A DNA stretch of 64,000 nt from an uncultured Pelagibacteraceae bacterium (lineage in GTDB: Bacteria > Pseudomonadota > Alphaproteobacteria > Pelagibacterales > Pelagibacteraceae), in assembly GCA_902567685.1 (NCBI GenBank), contig CACFNH010000004.1:3563-67562 (forward strand), given 5' to 3'. Every line of letters starts with the position of its first letter. Position 1 is the stretch's first letter. This document shows positions 30,424 through 41,681 of the stretch, one piece after another. A model generated the notes under the pieces. That model saw only the letters and a list, made by a program, of their open reading frames with translations, did not search any database and was not told the DNA's origin. Position numbers and translations under genes: made by a program.

Positions 30424-30705
30424 ATGAAAAATAAGAAAATCAACAATATAAGAAAAAAATTAGATATTTTAGATAATAAATTATTGTCTTTATTTAAAAA
30501 GAGGACATTGCTTGTTAATAAAATACTTAAAACTAAAAAATTTAAAAATCAAATTATTGATAGAAAAAGAATTAATATAATCTTAAGAAGAATTAAGAAA
30601 AAATCAATTAATGAAAGAATTGATCCAAAAATTACAAACAAAATTTGGAAATCTATTATTGCGGCTTACATAAATTACGAATTTAGAAATTTTAAAAAAA
30701 AATAA
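30424..30705 (+). CDS. Chorismate mutase (AroQ type)
   Basis: IRKKLDILDNKL..KR..K..DRKR pattern. Confidence 0.8.
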   Translation: MKNKKINNIRKKLDILDNKLLSLFKKRTLLVNKILKTKKFKNQIIDRKRINIILRRIKKKSINERIDPKITNKIWKSIIAAYINYEFRNFKKK

Positions 30706-30706
30706 T

Positions 30707-30898
30707 TTACTTACTGTGTGGTGGAAGTTTCTTCTCAACAAAAACTTCGTGTTTTCGTGTTGAGGGATTATACTTTGTAAGTTTTAGTTTGTTTTTAGCT
30801 TTTTCTCCTTTAGTCGGTTTTTTTGCATAATAAACAAAAGAACTATCTGGTTTAGATTCAGGAACTAAACGAACTTTAATATGTGTTTTTTTTGCCAT
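30707..30898 (-). CDS. rpmG: 50S ribosomal protein L33
   Basis: KLKLTKYNPSTRKHEVFVEKK. Confidence 0.9.
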   Translation of the reverse strand: MAKKTHIKVRLVPESKPDSSFVYYAKKPTKGEKAKNKLKLTKYNPSTRKHEVFVEKKLPPHSK

Positions 30899-31285
30899 TT
30901 ATTTTTTTAAATTTTTTATTTTATCTAAAAGTATTTTTGTTTTTGTTTTAATTTTTGCCTTATAATAATCTGAAGTTATACTTGATGTTCTGTAGTCGTC
31001 AAGAGTATTAATTTTTTTATTTAAAACTTTTTTTGCACCAGTAATTGTCAAACCTTGATCCTTTAAAAGGAATTTTATTAAATTAATCACTTCTACATCT
31101 TTTCTGGTGTAATATCTTCTTCCTGAGACAAAGATAGGTTTTATTTGAGAAAATTTACTTTCCCAAAAACGTAAAGTATGAGTAGAAATTTTTGACTCTT
31201 TTATACTGTTGTGTCCAATCTCTTTAACTAATTCAGAGATATTAATTAATTTGTTATTTCTTAGATTTTTAGAGGATTTACTCAT
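30899..31285 (-). CDS. MerR-family HTH regulator
   Basis: [24 protein letters not shown]; conserved position downstream of ihfA in Alphaproteobacteria. Confidence 0.88.
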   Translation of the reverse strand: MSKSSKNLRNNKLINISELVKEIGHNSIKESKISTHTLRFWESKFSQIKPIFVSGRRYYTRKDVEVINLIKFLLKDQGLTITGAKKVLNKKINTLDDYRTSSITSDYYKAKIKTKTKILLDKIKNLKK

Positions 31286-31583
31286 TATTAATTTTATTTT
31301 TTAAAAAATCTGAAGCTTTGAAAGAAACTGTTTTTCTACTATCAATTTCATAAGTTTGATTATTTTTTGGATTTCTTCCAATTCTCTTTTTTTTTAATCG
31401 AGTTTTAAATGATCCAAATTTATTAATCTTTAATTTTCCATTAATTTTTAAGCCTGATATTAATGTGACTATCACGTCATCTAAAAATCTGCTGGCGTAA
31501 GAAAGAGATACACCAGATTTTAGAGAAATATTCTTGCTAATATCTTTTTTTTTTAGATTTTCTCTCTTAATTTTTTCCATCAA
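31278..31583 (-). CDS. ihfA: Integration host factor alpha / HU family DNA-binding protein
   Basis: FGSF, GRNPK, VSFKAS; plsX-ihfA-merR synteny. Confidence 0.8.
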   Translation of the reverse strand: MMEKIKRENLKKKDISKNISLKSGVSLSYASRFLDDVIVTLISGLKINGKLKINKFGSFKTRLKKKRIGRNPKNNQTYEIDSRKTVSFKASDFLKNKINNE

Positions 31584-32604
31584 TATGAGAAAGATTTGTC
31601 TTAATTTGATTCATCAAATCTCCTTTGATAATTTTGTAACACAAGTCTATAGAATGATAAAATCCAAAATAATCTGTTGAACCATGGCTCTTTACTACGG
31701 GTCCTCTCAAGCCTAAAAAAATAGCTCCATTATATTTTCTGGGGTCTAATTTTGATTTAAATTTCTTCAATGAAAAATATGAAAATAAAAGAGAGAATTT
31801 AGATAACAAATTTTCTTGTAAAGATTCTTTCAAAGAGTCTGTTAAAAATTTTGAAGTTCCCTCAGCTGTTTTTAAAGCAACATTTCCAGTAAATCCGTCT
31901 GCAACTATTACATTAGAATCTCCCTCAAAAATTTCGTTTCCTTCTACATAACCTTTAAATTCAAAATCTCCATGTCTACTTATTTCTTTTAATTTTGAAT
32001 GAGCTTTTTTAATTGATTCAGTTCCTTTAATTTCTTCAGAACCAATATTAAGAATAGCAACTTTTGCTTTTTGATCTTTATATAAAGATTTAAATAATGC
32101 AGATCCCATTTCAGAAAAATCTACAAGATTGTTTTCGTCACATTCTATATTTGCTCCCAAATCTAAAACTACGCTAACTCCTTTTTTGTTTGGCCATAGG
32201 CCAGCTAAAGCAGGTTTGCTTACCCCGTCTATAGTTTTTAATAACATTCTAGATATAACAAATAAAACACCTGTGTTCCCTGCCGACAACGATATATCAG
32301 CACCATCAACTATTTGAGAATTAATAGAATTCCACATGCTGCTATTTTTGGAATTTTTAATAGCGGTAAGCGGTGTCTCTTCATCAGAAACAACTGATAA
32401 AGTATTATAAATTTCTACACTTGAATGAGTTATATTATATTTTTTTAAGTTTTCTTTAATTATCTGTTCATTTCCATATAATTTAAAAAAACAATCTTTT
32501 AAATTAGGATTTTTCTTAAGAAAAATACTCAGACCATGTATATTTTTTTCAGGTGCGTTTTCGCCTCCCATTGCATCAATTGCAATTGTAATCTTATCTT
32601 TCAT
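31567..32604 (-). CDS. plsX: Phosphate acyltransferase PlsX
   Basis: DAMGG, SAGNTG, DLGAN, DGFTGNVALKT, KSHG. Confidence 0.95.
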   Translation of the reverse strand: MKDKITIAIDAMGGENAPEKNIHGLSIFLKKNPNLKDCFFKLYGNEQIIKENLKKYNITHSSVEIYNTLSVVSDEETPLTAIKNSKNSSMWNSINSQIVDGADISLSAGNTGVLFVISRMLLKTIDGVSKPALAGLWPNKKGVSVVLDLGANIECDENNLVDFSEMGSALFKSLYKDQKAKVAILNIGSEEIKGTESIKKAHSKLKEISRHGDFEFKGYVEGNEIFEGDSNVIVADGFTGNVALKTAEGTSKFLTDSLKESLQENLLSKFSLLFSYFSLKKFKSKLDPRKYNGAIFLGLRGPVVKSHGSTDYFGFYHSIDLCYKIIKGDLMNQIKTNLSHIDGKN

Positions 32605-32619
32605 TAATTGAATTATAAA

Positions 32620-32793
32620 TTATAAGTCTAGTATTTTTTTACCGTTATAATAACCTGATTTTAAATCAATATGATGAGAAAGTCTGTACTCACCACTTTT
32701 TTTATCTTCTAAAATGTTTACTTCAGAAACTCTATGATGAGACCTTCTTTTGTTTCTTCTCGATTTAGAGGTTTTTCTTTTAGGTACAGCCAT
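32620..32793 (-). CDS. rpmF: 50S ribosomal protein L32 (57 aa, absent from the ORF track)
   Basis: Manual translation [20 protein letters not shown]...[20 protein letters not shown]; upstream of plsX. Confidence 0.93.
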   Translation of the reverse strand: MAVPKRKTSKSRRNKRRSHHRVSEVNILEDKKSGEYRLSHHIDLKSGYYNGKKILDL

Positions 32794-32797
32794 AATA

Positions 32798-33298
32798 TTA
32801 AAATTTAAAATCTATGTTTCCTTTTATCATAATATCATCATCTAATACAAAGCAAAAATTATAAAAAGTTTCGAAATAATTAGCAATTTTAACAATAATT
32901 TTATCCTTATTTTGAGAGTTGTCAAATAAGTACTTTTGGATAAGCTTTATGTTGATTTTAAAAGAGTCTGATTTTTTAGAATGAATTTTTAGTAAAATGT
33001 CATAAAAAATCTTATTTAAGATTTTCATCTTTTTATTAACTGCTACATCACCATAACCAAGCTCTCTTAAATGATATTCTATATTTAAAAAAATATTATC
33101 AAATATTTCTTGAGGAAATTTCTTTTTTTTATTTTTTTTAACCAAAATTAAAATAATTGATAAATGAAGAAAAATAAGAATTATTCTAGTTTCAAAATTA
33201 TCTTTTAAAGACAAATCTTTATAAAAAAAAATATTACGTGATAATTCGACTAATTTGTTATAGAGTTTATTATTATGACTTTTATAAAAAGTAAACAT
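32798..33298 (-). CDS. Ubiquinol-cytochrome c chaperone (Cbp3 family)
   Basis: [22 protein letters not shown]. Confidence 0.88.
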   Translation of the reverse strand: MFTFYKSHNNKLYNKLVELSRNIFFYKDLSLKDNFETRIILIFLHLSIILILVKKNKKKKFPQEIFDNIFLNIEYHLRELGYGDVAVNKKMKILNKIFYDILLKIHSKKSDSFKINIKLIQKYLFDNSQNKDKIIVKIANYFETFYNFCFVLDDDIMIKGNIDFKF

Positions 33299-33751
33299 TT
33301 GATTAAAAAAAATCTTATCATAATTCTCTTCTTTTTATTAGCTAATTGTCAACTTCAAGAGTCAAAAAATCTTCATGGAATAAATTATTTAGAAAACAGA
33401 AAAAATATCTTGATAATAAATAAAAGCAATAAAAATGATGTGCTTAAATTATTAGGAAATCCACACTCTAAGTCAATTAATAATGAAAATAGATGGTTCT
33501 ACTTTGAAAGAATGATCACAAAAGGCGAGCTTCATAAATTAGGTAGAAATGTGCTTAAAACAAATAATATACTAGAAGTAGAATTTAACAAATATGGAGT
33601 CTTAAGTAGTAAAAAAATTTACACAAAAAATGATATGAAAAAAATAAAATTGTCAAAAAAAGTGACCGAAAACACAGTAGGTCAAAGAAGCTTTTTGAAT
33701 TCTTTCTTGAGTAGTTTAAAACAAAAAATGTATAGAAATAAAAGAGATTGA
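33299..33751 (+). CDS. bamE: Outer membrane assembly lipoprotein BamE (probable TTG start 33299; ORF opens at 33275)
   Basis: Lipobox LANC, LLGNP, WFY motif; divergent from cbp3 as in other Alphaproteobacteria. Confidence 0.8.
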   Translation: MIKKNLIIILFFLLANCQLQESKNLHGINYLENRKNILIINKSNKNDVLKLLGNPHSKSINNENRWFYFERMITKGELHKLGRNVLKTNNILEVEFNKYGVLSSKKIYTKNDMKKIKLSKKVTENTVGQRSFLNSFLSSLKQKMYRNKRD

Positions 33752-33753
33752 CT

Positions 33754-35856
33754 TTAGTGAGCTATAACTGCCAAAAGTAAAAGAGCAACTATATTGGTAA
33801 TCTTAATCATTGGATTAACAGCTGGCCCGGCTGTATCTTTATAAGGATCGCCAACTGTATCTCCTGTGACAGCAGCTTTATGAGCTTCTGAACCTTTGCC
33901 GCCGAAATTACCATCTTCAATAAATTTTTTAGCATTATCCCATGCTCCTCCACCTGCGGTCATTGATACAGCTACGAAAAGACCTGTTATAATTACTCCA
34001 AGTAACATTGCTCCTAAAGCTGATAAAGCTGCTTCTAGACCACCTATAGGTAAAATAATAAAGTATAATAGTATTGGAGATAAAACTGGAAGTAGAGAAG
34101 GAATAATCATTTCTTTAATCGCAGCTTTAGTTAATAAGTCTACTAATCTTCCGTAGTCTGGCTTTCTTTTGCCTTTCATAATTCCTGGTATTTTTTTAAA
34201 TTGTCTTCTCACTTCAATTACTACTGCACCACCAGCTCTTCCCACGGCTTGCATACCCATTGAACCAAATAAATAAGGCAACATTCCACCTACTAATAAA
34301 CCAACCACAACAAACGGATTTGATAAATCAAAACTTACATTTACATTATATAGAGCTGATCCGTTAACATTAGAAAAAAACTTTATATCTTCTGTGTAAG
34401 CTGCAAATAAAACAAGAGCACCTAATCCAGCTGAACCAATAGCATAACCTTTGGTAACGGCCTTAGTAGTGTTTCCTACGGCGTCTAATGCATCAGTAGT
34501 TTTTCTTACATTTTTTGGAAGTTTTGACATTTCTGCTATTCCTCCAGCATTGTCAGTGACAGGACCATATGCATCTAACGCTACTACCATCCCTGTCAAT
34601 GCAAGCATAGAAGTAACAGCTATCGCTATTCCGAATAATCCAGCTAAACTATTTGTAAATAATATTCCTATTATAATAATTAATGCAGGTATAGCAGTTG
34701 CTTCCATTGAGATAGCAAGTCCTTGAATTACATTTGTTCCGTGTCCTGTTGTTGATGATTGTGCTACTGATTTTACAGGTCTATAATTTGTTCCTGTATA
34801 ATACTCAGTTATCCAAATTAGCAATCCAGTAATAACTAGACCGGCAACACCACAAATATAAAGATCGTAGCCAGTAAATGAATTTTCAGAAACAGTATAA
34901 ATTTTATCAAAGCCAACAATAGAATTTGTTACAGGATATAGTACAATTAGTGATAATACAGCAGTTACAACAAAACCTTTATAAAGAGCCCCCATAATAT
35001 TTTTGCTTTTTCCTAGTTTGACAAAAAAAGTTCCAACTATAGAAGTAATTATACAAGAAGAACCAATTGCTAATGGATAAATCATCATATTTAAATCATT
35101 AACGAAGAAAATCGAAGAAAGAACCATCGTTGCAACAATTGTAACAGCATATGTTTCGAAAAGATCGGCTGCCATTCCCGCGCAGTCACCAACATTATCA
35201 CCAACATTGTCTGCTATTACTGCAGGATTTCTTGGATCATCTTCAGGTATGCCTGCTTCTACTTTACCAACCAAATCAGCGCCAACATCTGCGCCTTTTG
35301 TAAAAATTCCTCCACCCAATCTAGCAAAAATAGAAATAAGAGAAGCGCCAAAGCCTAGTGCTACAAGAGCATTAATAATTTCTCTATTTTCTACTCCTGC
35401 TGAAATTAAAATAGTATAATATACTGTAATAGCTAATAACGCTAAACCTGCAACCAACAATCCAGTAATGGCTCCAGATTTAAATGCTATAGTTAATCCG
35501 TCTTGAAGACTTTTTCTTGAAGCTTCTGCAGTTCTAACATTTGCTTTTACTGATATTAACATACCTACATATCCAGCTACTCCTGAAAGGAAAGCTCCAA
35601 TAAAATAACCTAAACCAACTAAAATACTAAAAAAATAACTTACAATAATAAGGACTATTACACCTACTATTGCGATAGTTTTGTACTGACGATTTAAATA
35701 AGCTTTTGCCCCTATTTGAATAGCTTCTGCTATCTCTTGCATTTTTTGATTTCCCGCACTGGAAGATAAAATTTGTCCTGAAAGCAGATAGCTATAAGCA
35801 ACAGCTAGGATGCCCGTAAAAACAATTAAATATAATAATTCAAAACTTGATTGCAT
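33754..35856 (-). CDS. hppA: Membrane H+-translocating pyrophosphatase, K+-independent type
   Basis: [20 protein letters not shown]; GNTTKA (Lys marks the K+-independent type). Confidence 0.95.
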   Translation of the reverse strand: MQSSFELLYLIVFTGILAVAYSYLLSGQILSSSAGNQKMQEIAEAIQIGAKAYLNRQYKTIAIVGVIVLIIVSYFFSILVGLGYFIGAFLSGVAGYVGMLISVKANVRTAEASRKSLQDGLTIAFKSGAITGLLVAGLALLAITVYYTILISAGVENREIINALVALGFGASLISIFARLGGGIFTKGADVGADLVGKVEAGIPEDDPRNPAVIADNVGDNVGDCAGMAADLFETYAVTIVATMVLSSIFFVNDLNMMIYPLAIGSSCIITSIVGTFFVKLGKSKNIMGALYKGFVVTAVLSLIVLYPVTNSIVGFDKIYTVSENSFTGYDLYICGVAGLVITGLLIWITEYYTGTNYRPVKSVAQSSTTGHGTNVIQGLAISMEATAIPALIIIIGILFTNSLAGLFGIAIAVTSMLALTGMVVALDAYGPVTDNAGGIAEMSKLPKNVRKTTDALDAVGNTTKAVTKGYAIGSAGLGALVLFAAYTEDIKFFSNVNGSALYNVNVSFDLSNPFVVVGLLVGGMLPYLFGSMGMQAVGRAGGAVVIEVRRQFKKIPGIMKGKRKPDYGRLVDLLTKAAIKEMIIPSLLPVLSPILLYFIILPIGGLEAALSALGAMLLGVIITGLFVAVSMTAGGGAWDNAKKFIEDGNFGGKGSEAHKAAVTGDTVGDPYKDTAGPAVNPMIKITNIVALLLLAVIAH

Positions 35857-35924
35857 AGATTCTTAAAGTCGGAAAAATGTCAAATAAAACAGAAAAAGGC
35901 AAGTTATTTAATTTGACAATCTTG

Positions 35925-36332
35925 TCACTCTTCATCGATTTTCCTTATTTTTTTTGAAATTTTGTCTAAAATAGCATTTAGGTACTTAATTTGTACTGCT
36001 TCTAAAAAATGTTCTGATGTTTTAACATATTCATTTATTATAACCTTTCTGGGGTTGTTATGTTTAAACATTAATTCATAAACAGCGGCAAAAACAATCA
36101 GTTTTAGTAACTTTTCAGTTCTATTAAAATTTAAATCTTTGTCTAAATGATTTTTTATTGTTTCTTCAATAAGTTCCTTTCTTTCAATTGTTCCTTGAAC
36201 AACATCTTTAATAAATTTTTTATACTGAGATTTTGGGTATTCAATAATTTCATCAGGGTTCATTGAAGAGCCATAAAGTTTTTGTATAACTCTAATCCTG
36301 GGAGTCATTAATTTTTTATTATCTTTAGGCAT
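35925..36332 (-). CDS. nusB: Transcription antitermination factor NusB
   Basis: VIINEYV..YLNAILDK; follows ribH. Confidence 0.88.
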   Translation of the reverse strand: MPKDNKKLMTPRIRVIQKLYGSSMNPDEIIEYPKSQYKKFIKDVVQGTIERKELIEETIKNHLDKDLNFNRTEKLLKLIVFAAVYELMFKHNNPRKVIINEYVKTSEHFLEAVQIKYLNAILDKISKKIRKIDEE

Positions 36333-36717
36333 TTTTTAAAACTGTAATAACAGCTTTGACGGCTTCACTACCTTTGTTGAATCTATCTTTAGCTTGATTT
36401 TCATTAAAACAAGTTAATATTGCATTTCCTATTGGTTTTTTTTGGCTCACTGATATTTGCATAATTCCGTTTGTAATAGAGCTACAAATTAAATCAAAGT
36501 TTGCTGTGTCACCTTTAATTATGCATCCAATAGCTACAAAACCATCATATTTGTCTACGAGTCTTGAAATTGCGACTGGTATTTCAAAAGATCCGGGTAC
36601 TTCAATAGTTGTTATTTCTTTATACCCTGATTTACCTAATTCGTTTAAAGCTGAATCATAAATTTTCTTAGTAATTTCAGAATTATAAGTGGAAATAACG
36701 ATGCAAATTTTTTTCAT
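36325..36717 (-). CDS. ribH: Lumazine synthase
   Basis: VPGSFEIP, GCIIKGDT. Confidence 0.93.
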   Translation of the reverse strand: MKKICIVISTYNSEITKKIYDSALNELGKSGYKEITTIEVPGSFEIPVAISRLVDKYDGFVAIGCIIKGDTANFDLICSSITNGIMQISVSQKKPIGNAILTCFNENQAKDRFNKGSEAVKAVITVLKNA

Positions 36718-37775
36718 TATTTAATAATTTCTTGTTTAGTAATTTTTATACCATATCCTTTTAATGCAATTATACGTTTTCTTGATCTAGATACTAATAT
36801 CATCTTTTTTATATTTAGTTCTTTAATTATTTGAGCACCAACGCCATAATAACGTAATATTTTGTTGTTTTCTGAAGAAGAAAGTTTTGGGTTTGTTCCT
36901 TTTATTAATATAAGAGCAAAATTATTAAAATTATTTAAATACTTTAATGAAGTTTTAAATATATTTTTATTAAAATTAATAAAAGTATCTAAAAGATTAG
37001 TTGATAAAACTCTTACTCTACAAGCTTTTTTTGAATTTATTTTGCCTTTGGTTATTGCATAATGTTCTGCCCCATCCAATTTATTTTTAAACGTTCTTAA
37101 TTCAAAGTTTCCAAAATTTTTGATAAATATTTTTTTAAAAGAAATTCCTTTAATAAGTCTTTCATTCTTTAATCTATGAGAAATCAAATCTTCAATCTTT
37201 GCTATCTTCAATTTATGTTTTTTTGCAAAAGGAACGAGATCTTTATACCTTGCCATAGTCCCATCTTCATTCATTACTTCGCAAATAACTGCACTAGGAT
37301 TCAATTTTGCAAGTTTAGATATATCAACAGATGCTTCGGTATGCCCTGCTCTTTCAAGAACACCACCAGGTTTTGCAACCAATGGAAAAACATGACCGGG
37401 GGAAACTATATTTCTTTTTGTAGAACTAGGCTTTATAGCAACTTTAATCGTTTTGGCTCTATCATGAGCTGATATCCCGGTGGAAATTCCTTTTTTAGAT
37501 TCTATGGAGACAGTAAAAGCTGTTTGTGTTCTAGATTTATTTACAAGGGACATAAGGGGCAAATTAAGTTTTTTAACTTTTTGTGGAGTAAGAGCCAAAC
37601 AAATCAAACCTCTTCCATGTTTTGCCATAAAATTAATTTTCTTTGCATTTATTTTTGATGCAGGAAGAACTAAATCACCTTCATTTTCTCTATCTTTATC
37701 ATCTACTAAAATAAATATTTTACCTTTTTTTGCGTCTTTAATAATTGTTTTAATTGAAGATGATTTTTTTTTCAT
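36717..37775 (-). CDS. ribB: DHBP synthase fused to a degenerate GTP cyclohydrolase II domain (RibBX)
   Basis: DRENEGD, TGISAHDR, RAGHTEA; C-terminal domain lacks the Zn-binding Cys motif. Confidence 0.9.
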   Translation of the reverse strand: MKKKSSSIKTIIKDAKKGKIFILVDDKDRENEGDLVLPASKINAKKINFMAKHGRGLICLALTPQKVKKLNLPLMSLVNKSRTQTAFTVSIESKKGISTGISAHDRAKTIKVAIKPSSTKRNIVSPGHVFPLVAKPGGVLERAGHTEASVDISKLAKLNPSAVICEVMNEDGTMARYKDLVPFAKKHKLKIAKIEDLISHRLKNERLIKGISFKKIFIKNFGNFELRTFKNKLDGAEHYAITKGKINSKKACRVRVLSTNLLDTFINFNKNIFKTSLKYLNNFNNFALILIKGTNPKLSSSENNKILRYYGVGAQIIKELNIKKMILVSRSRKRIIALKGYGIKITKQEIIK

Positions 37776-37777
37776 TT

Positions 37778-38374
37778 TTATTTTTTTAGGTTTAACAAAT
37801 ATTTTCCAAAAATATCAAATTCAATGTTCACTAAATCTTTTTTTTTTAGATTTATCAAATTTGTTAACTTAAGTGTATGAGGGATTATAGTGCTCTCAAA
37901 ACTATTTTTGCCTACCTTAGAGACTGTTAAGGAAACACCATTAATTGAAATAGAACCTTTTTCTACTATCAAATTTTTAAATTTTTTTTCTAAACTAAAG
38001 CTAATTACCCAGGATTTATCAATAACTTTAATATTTTTTACTTTTGAAGTTGTGTCTACATGACCTTGTATATAGTGACCAGAAATCTTCTTTCCATGAT
38101 TTAAGGATTTTTCAATATTTATATATTTTCCAGTTTTTGTATTTTTGAAATTAGATCTGTTTAAAGTTTCTTTTGATAAATAAAAAAGAAAGGACTTCTT
38201 TTTAATACGAATTAACGTTAAACAAACTCCATCGCAGGAAACTGACTCTCCAATATCACTTTTTTTAAAACTAGCATTTGAACTAACTTCTATTACAAGA
38301 CTCCCTGCTACATACTTTGGGTTTCTTCTAATACTTTTTATTTGGCCTTGATTATATATAATTCCATTAAACAT
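37778..38374 (-). CDS. ribE: Riboflavin synthase
   Basis: MFNGII, DGVCLT, GHYIQGHVD, NGVSLTV, IPHT. Confidence 0.93.
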   Translation of the reverse strand: MFNGIIYNQGQIKSIRRNPKYVAGSLVIEVSSNASFKKSDIGESVSCDGVCLTLIRIKKKSFLFYLSKETLNRSNFKNTKTGKYINIEKSLNHGKKISGHYIQGHVDTTSKVKNIKVIDKSWVISFSLEKKFKNLIVEKGSISINGVSLTVSKVGKNSFESTIIPHTLKLTNLINLKKKDLVNIEFDIFGKYLLNLKK

Positions 38375-38375
38375 T

Positions 38376-39470
38376 TTATCTTAAATTAACTTTGTAAATT
38401 GAGTCGCCAAAAAGATTAACATTAATCTTATTTTTTAACTTTATTTTTTTAATTAATTTTGGGTTAGCATAATTAATTCCATTTTTATTCAAATTATAAT
38501 TAGTTTTAAAAATGTATAAATTTTCTATAAATCTACATTTTAAAAAATAATTTATAAAACTCAATCCACTTTCTAGGAGTATTCTTGAAAATCCAAGATT
38601 ACTAAGTTTATATAAAACAATATCAAAATCTTTTTTTTTATTCAAATTTTTCAATCTAATTATTTTAATACCTTTTTTTTTAAAATAGTTTTCTTTTGAC
38701 CTATCAAATGAAGAGGTAAATAAATATATTTTTCTATGATCATTTTTTTTAAAAAGCTTTAGTTTTTTTTTTAATTTCAACTTTCTATCAATTATTGCTA
38801 CGGAAGGAGATTTTTTCTCTAATCCTTCTATTCTGCAATCAAGTTCTGAATTATCTTCATTTATTGATTTTGATGTTGATAATATACAATCATATTTAGA
38901 TCTTAACAAATGAGCTCTTTTACGAGAATATTGATTTGTGATCCATTTAGATTTTCTGTTCTTTGTAAAGTAATCTTTTGAGAGTGCAATTTTTGAATCT
39001 ACATATGGTAATAATCCTTTTTTTTTAAAAAAATAACTTTTATAAAAAATTGATCCATATTTCTTTTTAACACCTGTTTTAACTAATATTTTTTTTTTTT
39101 TAAATCTATTAATAGATAAATACTTACTTCTTAAATCTTCATCAAAAATTGAAAAGACAACTTTTTTTATTTTTTTTTGAATTATCTTATTTGTACATGG
39201 AGGTGTTAATCCATAATGCGAACATGGTTCCAAAGTAACATAGATATTACTATTTTGAAAATTTATCTTTTTTTTTAATGCATTGAATTCTGCATGAGGT
39301 CTTCCTCTTAATGACGTTCTTCCAGATGATAAGACAGATCCATTTTTTTCTACTACGCAACCAACAGATGGATTAGTTCCTGTTGAACCCAAATTAATTT
39401 TTGCTTGTTCAAATGCAAGAGACAAGAAATATTCTTTTTTAAATCTTAAATTATTTTTCTGACTTGCCAT
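38376..39470 (-). CDS. ribD: Bifunctional pyrimidine deaminase/reductase RibD
   Basis: [26 protein letters not shown]. Confidence 0.93.
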   Translation of the reverse strand: MASQKNNLRFKKEYFLSLAFEQAKINLGSTGTNPSVGCVVEKNGSVLSSGRTSLRGRPHAEFNALKKKINFQNSNIYVTLEPCSHYGLTPPCTNKIIQKKIKKVVFSIFDEDLRSKYLSINRFKKKKILVKTGVKKKYGSIFYKSYFFKKKGLLPYVDSKIALSKDYFTKNRKSKWITNQYSRKRAHLLRSKYDCILSTSKSINEDNSELDCRIEGLEKKSPSVAIIDRKLKLKKKLKLFKKNDHRKIYLFTSSFDRSKENYFKKKGIKIIRLKNLNKKKDFDIVLYKLSNLGFSRILLESGLSFINYFLKCRFIENLYIFKTNYNLNKNGINYANPKLIKKIKLKNKINVNLFGDSIYKVNLR

Positions 39471-39915
39471 CTAATTCCTCAATATATTCACCAAAATCTC
39501 CTACTTCTTTGAAATTTTTATATACTGAAGCAAATCTAATATAGGCAATTTTATCCAACTCCTTTAAAGTATCCATTACTTTTTTGCCAATGACGCCAGA
39601 TTGAATTTCGGACTGCCCCATTTCTTCAAGCTCTCTCGATATTCTCGATACGACTTTCTCGGTAGTATCTGAATCTATAGGTCTTTTTTTAAGAGCTGTA
39701 AAAAGAGATTTGGCTAATTTTTCTCTATCAAAAGGAGTTCTTCGACCATTTTTTTTAATAACATTTAATTCTCTAAATTGAACTCTTTCGAATGTAGTAA
39801 ATCTTTGTCCTCCGTTGCAAGTACAAAACCTTCTTCTTCTGATAGCAGTACCATCTTCTGTTGGTCTAGAGTCTACAACTGATGTATCTTTTTCTCTACA
39901 AAAAGGACAAAGCAT
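39451..39915 (-). CDS. nrdR: Transcriptional repressor NrdR
   Basis: [25 protein letters not shown]. Confidence 0.95.
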   Translation of the reverse strand: MLCPFCREKDTSVVDSRPTEDGTAIRRRRFCTCNGGQRFTTFERVQFRELNVIKKNGRRTPFDREKLAKSLFTALKKRPIDSDTTEKVVSRISRELEEMGQSEIQSGVIGKKVMDTLKELDKIAYIRFASVYKNFKEVGDFGEYIEELDGKSEK

Positions 39916-39918
39916 AAA

Positions 39919-41235
39919 TTAATTTTTTAACAAGTGACTATATATAGGAAATCTAGAACAAAGTTCAATAACTTCTTTTTTAACCTCAGACTCTATTTTG
40001 CTATTATCGTCTGGATTTTTTGACAAACCTTCAATTACTTTAGTAATTAGTTCACCAACTTTTTTAAACTCGTTTAAACCAAACCCTCTTGTGGTAGCTG
40101 CTTGAGATCCAAGGCGTATTCCAGATGTTATTGTCATTTTTTCTGTATCAAATGGTATTCCGTTTTTATTACAAGTAATATTAGCTTTACACAAACTAAC
40201 TTCAGCAGCTTTTCCAGTTACATTAAAAGGTCTTAGATCTACTAGCATAAGATGAGTATCTGTTCCCCCAGAAAAAATTTTAAATCCTTTGCTTTTTAAT
40301 GTTTCTGATAAAATTTTTGCATTTGCTAAAACTGATTTTATATATTCTTTAAATGAAGGATGTAAGGCTTCTTGAAAGGCAACTGCTTTTCCAGCTATTA
40401 TGTGCATCAAAGGTCCACCTTGATAACCAGGAAATACAGCAGAGTTAATTTTCTTAATTAAATCTTCTTTATTAGTCAAAATTATTCCACCTCTAGCACC
40501 TCTCAAAACTTTGTGTGTAGTTGAAGTTACTACATCTGCATATTCAATTGGATTTGGATAACCTTTACCTGCGACTAAACCAGAAAAATGTGCCATATCA
40601 ACCATTAAGTAAGCACCCACTTTGTTTGCTATTTCTTTAAATTTTTTAAAGTCAATAATTCTAGAATATGCGCTTCCCCCAGCAATAATAAGTTTTGGTT
40701 TTTTTTCTACAGCTAGTCTTTCTACTTCAGAATAATCTATAAGTCCTGTTTCCTTATTTACATCATAATGGAATGCTTTAAGCCATTTTCCTGAAAGAGA
40801 TACTTTTGCTCCATGAGTTAAATGACCACCAGAGTTAAGGCTCATACCAAGTATAGGGTCACCAGGATTTAAAAGCGCAAGATATACTGCTCCATTGGCT
40901 TGCGCACCAGAGTGAGGTTGAACATTAGCATACCTACAATTATATAATTTTTTAACTCTTTCAATCGCAAGTTCTTCTGCCTTGTCAACAAATTCGCACC
41001 CACCATAATATCTTTTGGAAGGATAACCTTCAGCATATTTGTTGGTCATAATTGAACCTTGTGCGTCTAAAACAGCTTTTGAGACTATATTTTCTGAAGC
41101 AATAAGTTCAATGTGTTGTTGTTGTCTTTCGAGTTCTAATTTTATTGACTCATAAAGATCTGGATCTGTTTTTGACAAATCATTATCAAAAAAGTTTTGA
41201 TAACTGTCTGAAATATATTTGCTAAATTTAGACAT
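39919..41235 (-). CDS. glyA: Serine hydroxymethyltransferase
   Basis: [29 protein letters not shown]. Confidence 0.97.
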   Translation of the reverse strand: MSKFSKYISDSYQNFFDNDLSKTDPDLYESIKLELERQQQHIELIASENIVSKAVLDAQGSIMTNKYAEGYPSKRYYGGCEFVDKAEELAIERVKKLYNCRYANVQPHSGAQANGAVYLALLNPGDPILGMSLNSGGHLTHGAKVSLSGKWLKAFHYDVNKETGLIDYSEVERLAVEKKPKLIIAGGSAYSRIIDFKKFKEIANKVGAYLMVDMAHFSGLVAGKGYPNPIEYADVVTSTTHKVLRGARGGIILTNKEDLIKKINSAVFPGYQGGPLMHIIAGKAVAFQEALHPSFKEYIKSVLANAKILSETLKSKGFKIFSGGTDTHLMLVDLRPFNVTGKAAEVSLCKANITCNKNGIPFDTEKMTITSGIRLGSQAATTRGFGLNEFKKVGELITKVIEGLSKNPDDNSKIESEVKKEVIELCSRFPIYSHLLKN

Positions 41236-41241
41236 TGTATA

Positions 41242-41679
41242 CTAAATTTTTTTGACTCTTCTAAGATGCCTGCCGCCTTGAAATTTAGTGTTTAAAAAAA
41301 TTTTTATAAGTTTCATAGCTTCTTTTTTTTTAATTAATCTTGATCCTAAGGCTATGATATTAGCATTATTATGTTCTCTGGACAAACGAGTAGATTTACT
41401 ATTATAGCAAACAGCAGCTCGTATTCCTTTGGTTTTATTGGCTGTTATAGCCATTCCTGTGCCAGATCCACACACTAAAATTCCAGCATCGCTTTTTTTG
41501 GCCACCAGCCTTCTAGTGATCTTTTTTGCATAATCAGGATAGTCTACTGACTCCATTTCAAAAGGACCAAGATCTATTAAAGGAATTTCTTTTTTTATAA
41601 AATAAGATTTTATAAATTCTTTTAGTTTGTATCCAGCGTGATCAGAAGATATACAGATTTTCTTAAAAATTGAATTCAA
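41242..41679 (-). CDS. rpiB: Ribose-5-phosphate isomerase B
   Basis: DHAG, CGSGTG, HNNAN, GGRH. Confidence 0.95.
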   Translation of the reverse strand: MNSIFKKICISSDHAGYKLKEFIKSYFIKKEIPLIDLGPFEMESVDYPDYAKKITRRLVAKKSDAGILVCGSGTGMAITANKTKGIRAAVCYNSKSTRLSREHNNANIIALGSRLIKKKEAMKLIKIFLNTKFQGGRHLRRVKKI

Positions 41680-41681
41680 TT

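Noticed and set aside
36862-37872. Several plus-strand ORFs of 66-130 aa, and similar short antisense ORFs throughout the track
   Set aside because: Shadows of well-supported genes on the opposite strand
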